NCBI GenBank assembly: GCA_027297745.1
Contig: JAPUHK010000257.1
Coordinates: forward strand, 1 to 62,371
Direction: 5' to 3'
Origin: Planctomycetota bacterium
Lineage (GTDB): Bacteria > Planctomycetota > PLA2
DNA length: 62,371 nt
In this document: piece after piece, positions 16,969-25,515 of the stretch
Layout of the letters: every line of letters begins with the position of its first letter
How positions within the stretch are numbered: position 1 is the stretch's first letter
Translations under genes and position numbers: made by a program
The notes under the pieces: model-generated
Database searches by the model: none
The model's input: only the letters and a program-made list of their open reading frames with translations
What the model was told of the DNA's origin: nothing

Positions 16969-19572
16969 ATGGCCCGGCCGGGGCGTCAGAACGGTGGATC
17001 CATGCGCCGTGTCGCCGTTGGTCTCCTACTCGTCAGCCTCGTCGTGGCGGCGCTGCTGCTGCTGAACCACGAAGATCCCGGGCGCCGGCGCAGCACCGCG
17101 CGCGAAGGCAGTGCGCCGGGGACCGATGCACGGGACCCGTCGGATGCACGCTCGCAATCAGGCGCTAAAGCCGCCGCGACCAGCGCGGCGACGAAGGAGC
17201 CCACGAGAGCCAAGGTGCTGGGCGTCGTCAGCACGTGGGATGAGCACACCGGCGAGGAGCGCCTCCTGCCCGGTGCGCGCGTCCGGGTGTTCCGCGGACC
17301 GCTGGGTCTGCCCAACGACGACGAGCTAGTGACCCACAATCCCCTCGAGCTCCACGCGAGCGCGACCACCGATGCCAAAGGGGAGTTCAGCTTCGACCTG
17401 GCACCCGAGCCGGAGTGGGCGTTTCGAGCCGACGCGGAGGGCTTCGCACCGGTATGGGAATCCATCCAGGGCGCGGGAGAGCACGACTTCGGGCTGCAAT
17501 TGGTTCGGGCGCCGGTACGCGCGGTGCGTGTCGTCGACCAGGAGGACCGGCCGGTCGCCGGCGCCGAGGTGTTTGTGTACCACGAGGAGGCCCTACCCAT
17601 GAGCCGCCATGTATCCGCGGACGACGGTTCCGTGGCGTTGCCGCTGCCCAAGGACGACGTGGCCCTGTTCGTGCGGGCACCCGGCTACGCACTGAGCTAC
17701 ATCGAAGACGTGCAAGACATGCTCGAGGAGCAGCACGGACGCATCGTCCTGAAGCCCGCCTTCGCTTTGCGCGGCCTCGTTACGGACGAAGCCGGTGTCC
17801 CGCTCGCCGGCGTGCGCGCCTCAATCCGGGAGCGCACGCATCCGCCGCGAACCACGACGGAGGATGGGCGCTTCAGCTTCGAGGCACTCGAATTGAAGGA
17901 GTACAGCATCCGTCTCGAGCTCCAGGGCTACGCGTTCGCGGGCAGCGCCTCGGCGTGGCCGGACGAACGCGAGCACACCTTCGCTCTGTACAGTCTGGTT
18001 CCCCTGAGCGGCGTAGTCTTGTTTCCCGACGGGACTCCCGCGCCGGGCGTCAGCGTGCGCGCCATACACCCGATCACGACCACCGACGAGGACGGACGCT
18101 TCCACTTCGCGCAAGTCACGCCGCGCGGCCTGCCACTGATCGCCTGGCGCGACCAATACCTCGGCTACGGAGACAACGCGGGGTCGTTCTACCGCTACTG
18201 GGGACGGGCACACTTCAAGGTCGAGCGGGGGCGCGAACCCGAGGATGTGACGATTCAGCTGAAAGAGCGAGGCCTGTCCTACATGCGCGCGCGGGTCTTC
18301 GACGTCAACGGGGCGCCGCTGGCCAAAGTGTCGGTGAACGTAACCAGCACGCACGGCATGGGGTACTCCAGCGCCTATACCGACACGGAGGGGCGTGTCA
18401 CGGTCGCTTGCCCCGTGTTTCCCGGCGCCGAGGTCCTCGTGAACGTTCCCTGGAGCAAGCAGGACCGGCGCACGGCCTTGCGCACGCGCCGGCGCACGGC
18501 GGCCACGCATCGCGAGGACGAGGTCGCGCTGCGCCTGCCCCCACCGATCATGTTCACGGTCATCGCGCGCGGCGCCGCCGGAGAGCCGCTGCCGGCCGGC
18601 ACGCATGCCGGCATCCAACTCTGGATGGGCAACCACTGGGTCGAGCACAGCGCGCACGACCGGGTCACTTTTGCTTGTGAAGCCGGGTTGGCAGGCCCCT
18701 ACGGCCTGAAGATCACTGCGCCGGGCTACCTGGAGTTCAGCAAGTGGCCCTGGAAGCCGCCGGAGCCGGGTGGCACGGCCGAGATCCGGCTGCGCCCAGC
18801 GGGCAGCATCACCGGCACGCTGCGGCACGCGAGCGGCGACGCGGTCGAAGACGTGGGGATCGTCGCCGTCCCGCAGGAGGGCAGGCGACGGATCTACGGC
18901 GAGCTACGCAAAGATGGGAACTTCATCATCAGGGGGGTCGACGCCGGCACCTATTCGCTGTGGGTCGTGCACCGGCACCAGGCCACCGAGCGCATCGGCG
19001 CGGCGGAGGTTGCGCCGGGCGGCGTCAGCGACGTCGGCATACTGCGCGCGACGGCCACGCGGCCGTTGAAGATCGTCGTCACGGACCATGCGGGGAGCCG
19101 TGTGACGGGCGCGCGCGTATCCTTGTTCACGGGCCCGGGCAAGCTCGAGGAACAGAGCGAAGTGGCCGTGACCGGCCGCGACGGCACGGCGCGCATCGAG
19201 GTCGTCCCGGGAGCGGAAGCGGCGGTACTGATCGTCAAGCGCGGCCACGGGTCGGTCGCCTTCCGCGTGGACTCCGAAACGCACAAGGCCATCACGCTGC
19301 CGCAACCGGGCGAGGTGCGCTGCGTCGCGCAAATCACGGAGCGGAAGGGGCCTCGGAGCTACTCCTTCGCGCTGCGCCACCCCCGCGTGGGCATCACCTG
19401 GCAACCGGACTCCAGGGCCCGGCACATCGAAAACGGGATGGAGTGGACGTTTGCGGACGTGGCGCCCGGGGAGGTCGAGGCGCTCTTCCACGCCGGGGGC
19501 GAGACGCACGTGCGCAAGGTGACCGTGGTCGCCGGACAGACGGTCGCAGTCGGCTTTCGGTGGCCGCCGTAG
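16969..19572 (+). CDS. Membrane-anchored protein with multiple carboxypeptidase-regulatory-like (CarboxypepD_reg) beta-sandwich repeats
   Basis: N-terminal TM (VAVGLLLVSLVVAALLLL). Repeats of the form GA.V.V...TD..G.F.F (TDAKGEFSFDL, TTEDGRFSFEAL, TTDEDGRFHFAQV, TGRDGTARIEV). Confidence 0.7.
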   Translation: MARPGRQNGGSMRRVAVGLLLVSLVVAALLLLNHEDPGRRRSTAREGSAPGTDARDPSDARSQSGAKAAATSAATKEPTRAKVLGVVSTWDEHTGEERLLPGARVRVFRGPLGLPNDDELVTHNPLELHASATTDAKGEFSFDLAPEPEWAFRADAEGFAPVWESIQGAGEHDFGLQLVRAPVRAVRVVDQEDRPVAGAEVFVYHEEALPMSRHVSADDGSVALPLPKDDVALFVRAPGYALSYIEDVQDMLEEQHGRIVLKPAFALRGLVTDEAGVPLAGVRASIRERTHPPRTTTEDGRFSFEALELKEYSIRLELQGYAFAGSASAWPDEREHTFALYSLVPLSGVVLFPDGTPAPGVSVRAIHPITTTDEDGRFHFAQVTPRGLPLIAWRDQYLGYGDNAGSFYRYWGRAHFKVERGREPEDVTIQLKERGLSYMRARVFDVNGAPLAKVSVNVTSTHGMGYSSAYTDTEGRVTVACPVFPGAEVLVNVPWSKQDRRTALRTRRRTAATHREDEVALRLPPPIMFTVIARGAAGEPLPAGTHAGIQLWMGNHWVEHSAHDRVTFACEAGLAGPYGLKITAPGYLEFSKWPWKPPEPGGTAEIRLRPAGSITGTLRHASGDAVEDVGIVAVPQEGRRRIYGELRKDGNFIIRGVDAGTYSLWVVHRHQATERIGAAEVAPGGVSDVGILRATATRPLKIVVTDHAGSRVTGARVSLFTGPGKLEEQSEVAVTGRDGTARIEVVPGAEAAVLIVKRGHGSVAFRVDSETHKAITLPQPGEVRCVAQITERKGPRSYSFALRHPRVGITWQPDSRARHIENGMEWTFADVAPGEVEALFHAGGETHVRKVTVVAGQTVAVGFRWPP

Positions 19573-19700
19573 CAGGGCGAGGCAATGCCAGGCTTCACGA
19601 ACGACCAAGACAGGACAGGCCTAGGGATCAACGCCAACACCCGCATTTTCTTGCTTCTTTCTTGGTCTTTCTTGTCCCCTACTGGCCGCACAATCCTTCT

Positions 19701-20327
19701 GTGGCTGACACTACCGACCAAACTCGCAACCGCCTGAAGAACACTGCAGAGAAGACTGACGAAAACACTCGGATCCCGACGAGACAAACGAGTGAAGATA
19801 CTGATCAGCGCACGCTGTTCGGCACTGCCGCACAAAGCAGCAACGGACACAGCGAAGAGCTAACTGCAGCATCTGAGAAGCAGGCAAGGCGCGATTCTCA
19901 CCTGCTGAAGATCAGCAAGATGTTCGCCGAATTCTCAACCTGCCTGTCGCGCAAGGTGGGCTGCATCATCGCCTCCGACGCGGGGCACATCATCTCGACC
20001 GGCTACAACGGCGCGCCGAAGAAGACCTGCCATTCGGAAGAGGCGGGCTGCTACTGCCAGGAGCCGGGGCGCGTCTCAGGCACCTACCAGGAACGCTTGC
20101 GCTGCTCGCACGCCGAGCTCAACGCCATCGCCCAGGCGGCGTACGAGGGTGTGTCTACCAAAGACGCGCGCATCTACTGCGTGACCTTCCCCTGCTCTTT
20201 TTGCTGCAAGGCGATCATCCAGTCCGGCATCCGCAGCGTGACCTACGAAGAGGACTACAACGACGACCTGAGCAAGACGCTCTTCGAAGAGGCGGGCATC
20301 GATTTCCGTCAGATCATTCCGACTTGA
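19701..20327 (+). CDS. dCMP (deoxycytidylate) deaminase; start uncertain (GTG 19701 or ATG 19920)
   Basis: The core has FSTCLSRKVGCIIA, CSHAELNAI and PCSFCCKAI (zinc ligands HAE/PCxxC). ATG 19920 leaves only 5 aa before the conserved STC motif, so an upstream start is likely. The only canonical in-frame one is GTG 19701. Confidence 0.75.
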   Translation: MADTTDQTRNRLKNTAEKTDENTRIPTRQTSEDTDQRTLFGTAAQSSNGHSEELTAASEKQARRDSHLLKISKMFAEFSTCLSRKVGCIIASDAGHIISTGYNGAPKKTCHSEEAGCYCQEPGRVSGTYQERLRCSHAELNAIAQAAYEGVSTKDARIYCVTFPCSFCCKAIIQSGIRSVTYEEDYNDDLSKTLFEEAGIDFRQIIPT

Positions 20328-20367
20328 CCTGGGCCCCTCCTCTGGGCAGGATGCCGCGTCCCCGACC

Positions 20368-21198
20368 GTGCGCATCTTGCTGAGCCTCCTTCTCCTGGCC
20401 GGTGTGGCAGCAGCCCGGCCCCCCGCGTGGGCGTTGCGGGAATACCTGGAGCAAGCGGCCCAGAAGCCGCCCCCCGCTCCGGCGGACAGGAGCCCCTGGG
20501 AAGTCGGCGGGTCGCTCGGCCTGACCTTATCCAGCGGCGAGGAGCAGAGCATCACGCTGGCCTTCGGCTTCGACATCGCGAAGGAGTGGAAACCGAAACG
20601 CCTCAAGCTGACCCTGAGGCTCGCGAGCCTGCTCGAGATCACGGACGGCGTCCGCACGACGGAGTTCTACCGCTTTACTGAGCGGCTGACGAAGGCCCTC
20701 GACGAAGACGGAGAGCGGTCGCTGTTCGAGGACCTGCTGCTCGAGCACGACATCGACGAGGACCTGGATCTGCGCGTTCAGGTCACGGTCGGCTTGCGCC
20801 AACGGCTCATCAACAGCGGGAGCTTCAAGCTCTGGGGCGAGGCCGGCGGCGGCGCGCTCTACGAGGACTACGGCACCGGACAGGAGGACACCGACGCGAT
20901 CGCGGACCTGGGCTTCGAGTTCGAGTGGAAGATCGGCAAGAAGGTGCTCTACAAGCAGACGGCAAAGGCCTTCCCCACGCTCGGAGGCGGAGCGGAATCC
21001 GGCGAGTTCCGGATCGTCGCCCAGTCGACCATCACGACACCCATCAGCTCGACCGTCTCGCTCAACCTCTCCGTCCTCTACAAGTACAACTCGAACCCCG
21101 TCGGGGGTATACCCCCCGGCGACCTCAAGATCACTCTGACGCTGAACTTCAAGTTCACCGCGCCGCCCGAAGAGGATCCCGAAGAGAAGGCCTCCTAG
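20368..21198 (+). CDS. Putative outer-membrane beta-barrel protein (DUF481/YdiY-like)
   Basis: GTG start and signal peptide MRILLSLLLLAGVAAA. Alternating beta-strand pattern, and the C-terminal strand ends ...LTLNFKF before an acidic tail. Confidence 0.5.
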   Translation: MRILLSLLLLAGVAAARPPAWALREYLEQAAQKPPPAPADRSPWEVGGSLGLTLSSGEEQSITLAFGFDIAKEWKPKRLKLTLRLASLLEITDGVRTTEFYRFTERLTKALDEDGERSLFEDLLLEHDIDEDLDLRVQVTVGLRQRLINSGSFKLWGEAGGGALYEDYGTGQEDTDAIADLGFEFEWKIGKKVLYKQTAKAFPTLGGGAESGEFRIVAQSTITTPISSTVSLNLSVLYKYNSNPVGGIPPGDLKITLTLNFKFTAPPEEDPEEKAS

Positions 21199-21872
21199 AA
21201 CGGGAACAGGATGCCCCGCTCCTTGAGCAGGTAGGGGCGGGAGGCGGACAGGCGGAACGTGCGGGCCGGTCGGTGCGCTCCGTCGCGGCGCATCACGTCG
21301 GTCTCCTCGAGCGCGTCCAGCGCCAGGATCTTGCGGCGGAAGTTGCGCTTGTCCAGGTCGCGGCCCAGGAGCACCTCGTAGACCTCCTGCACCTCGGACA
21401 GCGTGAAGGGCTCCTTCAGCAGATGCAGCGGCAGCGTGGAGTACTCCGCCTTGGTGCCGAGCCGCTCGACGGCGCGGGCCACGATGACGGCATGGTCGAA
21501 CGCGAGCCGGGGCGGCTGGCGCGCCGGCTGGAAGGCGGCGTGCGCGGCGTCCGAGCCCGCCTTCACGCGCGCACGCGCCGCTGGGACAAGCGCCAGGTAG
21601 GCGACGGTGACCACGCGGCCGCGCGGGTCGCGCTTGGGCTCGCCCCACGTGTAAAGCTGCTCGATGTAGACGCCCTTGAGCCCGGTCTCCTCCGCGAGCT
21701 CGCGGCGCGCCGCCGCCTCCAGCGACTCCTGCGTGGTGACAAAGCCCCCGGGCAGCGCCCATTGGCCGCGGTACGGCTGGATCCCGCGCCGCACGAGCAA
21801 CACCTCGAGAGTGTGCGCGCGCACGGTGAACACGACCAGGTCTACGGCGACCGAGAGCTCGGGCCGTTTCAC
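21195..21872 (-). CDS. nrtR: Nudix-related transcriptional regulator of NAD metabolism (NrtR-like)
   Basis: The GTG start overlaps the nadE stop (GTGA). The Nudix box is intact (GGFVTTQESLEAAARRELAEETGL). The C-terminal part (FTLSEVQEVYEVLLGRDLDKRNFRRKI) resembles the NrtR winged-helix domain. Confidence 0.8.
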   Translation of the reverse strand: MKRPELSVAVDLVVFTVRAHTLEVLLVRRGIQPYRGQWALPGGFVTTQESLEAAARRELAEETGLKGVYIEQLYTWGEPKRDPRGRVVTVAYLALVPAARARVKAGSDAAHAAFQPARQPPRLAFDHAVIVARAVERLGTKAEYSTLPLHLLKEPFTLSEVQEVYEVLLGRDLDKRNFRRKILALDALEETDVMRRDGAHRPARTFRLSASRPYLLKERGILFPF

Positions 21873-23458
21873 GGCGCACGCCGTTCGAAGCGTTCGGCGA
21901 TCGGAAAGCGGCGACCGATCCCGAAGGCCCTGTCCGTCAGCTTGAGCACCGGCGCTACCTGGTGCCGCTTGTATTCGGAACGCTTCACGCCGCTGAGCAC
22001 TTGCGTGACCACGCGTGGGTCGAATCCCGCGGCCTCGATCTGGCGCGCGGTGCGCCGCCCCTCCAGGTGCAAGCGCAGCACGGCGTCCAGCACGTCGTAG
22101 GGCGGCAGCGTATCCTGGTCGGTCTGATCGGGCCTGAGCTCCGCGCTGGGCGCACGCTCCATCACGCGCGCCGGGATGTGCTCGGCGAAGCGCGCGGCCA
22201 ACCGGTAGACCTCGCCCTTGTACAAGTCCGCGATCGGCGCCAGCGCCCCCACCATGTCCCCGTAAAGGGTGCAGTACCCCATGGCGAGCTCGCTCTTGTT
22301 CGACGGCACCAGCACCAGCGCGTTCCACTTGTTCGCCAGCGCCATCAGTACCAGGCCGCGCAGCCGCGCCTGCAGGTTCTCCTCGGCCTCGCCGAACGAC
22401 GTGTCCTTCCAGACACCGCTCAGCTGCTCGACCAGCAGTTCGTACGCGCTCGAGACGGGCACCTGCTCGAACGCGATGCCGAGCGACTCCGCCAGCGTGC
22501 GCGCATCCTCCAGGCTGGCCGGGGAGCTGAACGGACCCGGCATAGCCACGCCGCACACTCGCTCGGGGCCCAGGGCGCGCGCCGCAAGGCAGCTGAGAAG
22601 CGAGGAGTCGATGCCGCCGCTCATGCCGATCAAGGCGCGCTCGAAGCCCGTCTTGGCGAAGTAGTCACGGATGCCGAGCTCGATGGCCGCCACGGGGTCA
22701 TCCGCCTCGAGCGGAACCGGTACCCGCCCTGCGAAGTCGGTCACGATGAGGTCCTCACGGAACGAGGCCGCGTGCGCACAGAGCTCGCCCGCCGCGTTCA
22801 CGGCGAACGAGTTCCCGTCGAACACCAGGCAGTCGTTGGCGCCCACGAGATTGCACAGAGCCATCGGGATCCCGTGGCGGCGCGCATGGCCCGCAAGCAG
22901 GTCGCGCAGGTAGTGCGGCTTGCCCTGGCGATAGGGCGAGGCGCTGAGGTTGAGGATCAGCTCGGCGCCCTGCTGCGCGAGCTCGGCCACGGGATCGCGG
23001 TCGTACGCCGGTCCCGTCCACACGTCCTCACAGATCGTGACGCCGACGCGCGTCCCGTCGATCTCGACCAGCGAGCCGCTGGGAGCCGGCGCGAAGTAGC
23101 GGTGCTCGTCGTAGACGTCGTAGGTGGGCAGGAGCGACTTGGAGAGGGGCGTGCAAGTCCCGTCGCGCACGAGCACGGCGGCGTTCAAGAGCGGCTTGCA
23201 GCCGGGGCCCGCAGGCCACGGCGCGCCGACCAGCAACACGGGCAGCGACCGGTCGGCGGCCAACTCCTCGAGCGCCTCGCGGCAACGCTCGAGGAACGCG
23301 GGCTCTTCGAGCAGGTCGCGCGGCATGTACCCGCACAGGCACAACTCGGGGAAGACCACGAGCGGCGCCTCCGCTTGCGCCGCGCGCTCGCGAATGCGGG
23401 CCAGGTTGCCGTCGAAGTCGCCGACGGTGGGGTTGATCTGCGCGAGCGCGATCCGCAT
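21869..23458 (-). CDS. nadE: Glutamine-dependent NAD+ synthetase
   Basis: N-terminal CN-hydrolase domain (MRIALAQINP, VVFPELCLCGY, VTICED) plus C-terminal NAD synthase domain (GMSGGIDSS, PSAELRPDQTDQD). Confidence 0.95.
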   Translation of the reverse strand: MRIALAQINPTVGDFDGNLARIRERAAQAEAPLVVFPELCLCGYMPRDLLEEPAFLERCREALEELAADRSLPVLLVGAPWPAGPGCKPLLNAAVLVRDGTCTPLSKSLLPTYDVYDEHRYFAPAPSGSLVEIDGTRVGVTICEDVWTGPAYDRDPVAELAQQGAELILNLSASPYRQGKPHYLRDLLAGHARRHGIPMALCNLVGANDCLVFDGNSFAVNAAGELCAHAASFREDLIVTDFAGRVPVPLEADDPVAAIELGIRDYFAKTGFERALIGMSGGIDSSLLSCLAARALGPERVCGVAMPGPFSSPASLEDARTLAESLGIAFEQVPVSSAYELLVEQLSGVWKDTSFGEAEENLQARLRGLVLMALANKWNALVLVPSNKSELAMGYCTLYGDMVGALAPIADLYKGEVYRLAARFAEHIPARVMERAPSAELRPDQTDQDTLPPYDVLDAVLRLHLEGRRTARQIEAAGFDPRVVTQVLSGVKRSEYKRHQVAPVLKLTDRAFGIGRRFPIAERFERRAP

Positions 23459-23462
23459 CGAT

Positions 23463-23483
23463 ATAGTGTCTATTCTACACGAA
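23463..23483. promoter_or_regulatory. Predicted NrtR operator (ATAGTGT-CTATTCT-ACACGAA) in the divergent nadE / yjbQ promoter region
   Basis: 17 of 21 positions are identical to the nadA site, with the same GTGT-N7-ACAC core. It overlaps -10-like hexamers on both strands (TATAGT at 23462-67 on plus; TAGAAT as the complement of 23472-77). Confidence 0.55.
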
Positions 23484-23504
23484 CTGCCGGGCTACCATGA
23501 ACCC

Positions 23505-23924
23505 ATGGCCCAGCATCGCGATCAAGTTCTGCTGAAGACGCGGGGAGAGACCGATGTGGTCGACATCACGCCGCAGGCGCGCGAATCACTGCAACGCTCC
23601 GGCGTGCGCCAGGGGATGCTGCACTTGTTCGTTCCCGGCGCCACGGCCGGTTTGACGACGATCGAGTACGAGCCCGGCTGCGTGCGCGACCTGCAGGAGG
23701 CGCTGGAACGCATGGCGCCCCGCCACGGCACCTACCACCACAACGAACGCTGGGGCGACGGCAACGGCTTCAGCCACGTGCGCGCGGCGCTGCTGGGCCC
23801 TTCGCTGAGCGTGCCGGTGCAGGCCGGCGAGCTGCTGCTGGGCACGTGGCAGCAGATCGTGCTCGTGGACTTCGACAACCACCCGCGCGAACGGCGCCTG
23901 GTGATTACCGTGACGGCGGTCTGA
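23505..23924 (+). CDS. YjbQ/UPF0047 family protein (secondary thiamine-phosphate synthase family)
   Basis: 139 aa. DITPQ, GMLHLFVPGATAGLTTIEYEPG, GNGFSHVRAALLGPS and GTWQQIVLVDFD match the UPF0047 pattern. Confidence 0.85.
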   Translation: MAQHRDQVLLKTRGETDVVDITPQARESLQRSGVRQGMLHLFVPGATAGLTTIEYEPGCVRDLQEALERMAPRHGTYHHNERWGDGNGFSHVRAALLGPSLSVPVQAGELLLGTWQQIVLVDFDNHPRERRLVITVTAV

Positions 23925-23940
23925 AGAACCCCGCGAGCCG

Positions 23941-24663
23941 ATGCGAATCCTCAGCTGGGTGCGGGGCCTGTGTCTGTGGACGTTCTGGCTCGTGTGGACC
24001 GCACTTGCGTGGTTGGTCATCACGCTCACCTGGCCGTTCGCCCCGCACGGTCACTTCGCCGGCTGGTGGGGGCGCATCTGGGCGCGCGGCATCTTGCTCT
24101 CTTCCGGTGTCCGCCTGACAGTGGATGGACGCCACAACGTTCGCGGCGGCCCGTTCGTCGTGCTCGGCAACCACTCCTCGATGCTGGACATCGCCGTCTG
24201 CTACGCGGCCCTCCCGATCCAACTGCGCTTCGTCTCGCGCCCGTTCTTCTTCAAGGTGCCCTTCTTGGGCTGGGGCATGTGGTTGGCGCGCCACGTCTCC
24301 ATGGATCCCAAACGGCCGCGCGAGGCGGCCGCAGTCCTGCGCTCTCTCGACCGCCGCTTCCGCCGCGGCGTCTCGATCGTCATGTTTCCGGAAGGCACCC
24401 GTTCACGGGACGGACAAGTGCAGCGCTACAAGCGGGGGCCGATCCTGCTGGGGGTCCGCAGCGACGTCACCCTGCTGCCGATCTGCATCTGCGGCACGTT
24501 CGAGGCGCTGCCCAAGGGCAGGTTCCTGCCGAAGCCCGGCCGCGTGCGCGTTGTGATCGGCGAGCCGGTACCCACGAGCGGCGTCGACCCGGGTGACGCC
24601 CGGCGGCTGGCTTCGGAGATCGAGGCCTGGACCCGCGCCGCGAAGTCGGAGCCCGCAAGCTAG
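23941..24663 (+). CDS. plsC: 1-acyl-sn-glycerol-3-phosphate acyltransferase (LPLAT family)
   Basis: N-terminal TM, NHSSMLD (HX4D motif) and FPEGTRS motif. Confidence 0.85.
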   Translation: MRILSWVRGLCLWTFWLVWTALAWLVITLTWPFAPHGHFAGWWGRIWARGILLSSGVRLTVDGRHNVRGGPFVVLGNHSSMLDIAVCYAALPIQLRFVSRPFFFKVPFLGWGMWLARHVSMDPKRPREAAAVLRSLDRRFRRGVSIVMFPEGTRSRDGQVQRYKRGPILLGVRSDVTLLPICICGTFEALPKGRFLPKPGRVRVVIGEPVPTSGVDPGDARRLASEIEAWTRAAKSEPAS

Positions 24664-24698
24664 CCGCAATGGACGGCCGGCGAGCCGCGACGCGGCCG

Positions 24699-25430
24699 TT
24701 AGCCGTCCTCGAGGGCGCTCAGCACCTGCAGCGGCGTGAGCTCCAGGGCGTTCGACTCGCCCTGGTCGATGCGGCGCTGGTTCTCGTCGAGACGCCGCAA
24801 CCCCTCGAACAGCATGCGCGTGGGATCGAAGCTGAAACGGCTGAACGCGTCGGTCGGCACGCAGTCCGGCAGGAAGAAGTACGTCCCCACGGGGAAGTTC
24901 ACGAGCGAGCAGCTGATGCCCACCACCTGGATCTTGAGCGCGTTCCAGAGCTGCTCCTTGGTGATGAAGCCCATGTCGTGGGCGCGCACACCGAAACGGC
25001 GCGTCCCCTGGTCGCCCTCGGCGACCTCTTCCAGCTGCTCCTCGTTCAAGTAGCCGAGCTTCAAGAGGACGTTGCCGATGCGGTCTCGGGCGTCGGTGCT
25101 GCCGCCGAACACTATGCGGCCCTTCTTGAAGAACACGGACTTGGTGAACGGGCCGGTGGTAACCGAGAGGATCCCGTTCTGCCGGTTGTTGGAGAGGTAC
25201 AGGAACAGGTTGTTCAAGAGCTCGTTGTGGAACGTGCCCATCATCGAGAGCGGCAGGCGCAGGATGCCGTCCTCGGTCTCGCCTTTGAAGAGCAGGCTGC
25301 CGTGCTCGATCGTGATGAACGAAAACGACCCTGCCTTGAGACCAAGGGTCTTGCGCACGATCTTCGGCGTCATCACCGTGATCGAGTTGGGGTCCGGGTT
25401 CACTGGATAGGCCTTCCCGCACAGCGGCAA
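24699..25430 (-). CDS. DUF4388-like domain protein
   Basis: Segment LLNNLFLYLSNNRQNGILSVTTGPFTKSVFFKKGRIVFGGS fits the DUF4388 pattern. The start is ambiguous (25430 or MTPKIV at 25373). Confidence 0.5.
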   Translation of the reverse strand: MPLCGKAYPVNPDPNSITVMTPKIVRKTLGLKAGSFSFITIEHGSLLFKGETEDGILRLPLSMMGTFHNELLNNLFLYLSNNRQNGILSVTTGPFTKSVFFKKGRIVFGGSTDARDRIGNVLLKLGYLNEEQLEEVAEGDQGTRRFGVRAHDMGFITKEQLWNALKIQVVGISCSLVNFPVGTYFFLPDCVPTDAFSRFSFDPTRMLFEGLRRLDENQRRIDQGESNALELTPLQVLSALEDG

Positions 25431-25445
25431 CAGAGTGCCGACTCC

Positions 25446-25510
25446 CCTATCGGCCGCCGTGGAAAGGGGACTTGAGGGGGCTCAGGCCCCCCTGCCGGAT
25501 GGCCGATAGG
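25446..25510. promoter_or_regulatory. 10-bp inverted repeat CCTATCGGCC / GGCCGATAGG; each arm reads GCCGATAG (sigma-28-type -10-like) toward its flanking gene
   Basis: Arms lie at 25446-25455 and 25501-25510 in a divergent intergenic region. GCCGATAG compares with the FliA -10 consensus GCCGATAA. TCAA/TCAG lies 16-17 nt upstream of each arm. Confidence 0.3.
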
Positions 25511-25515
25511 ACGAC

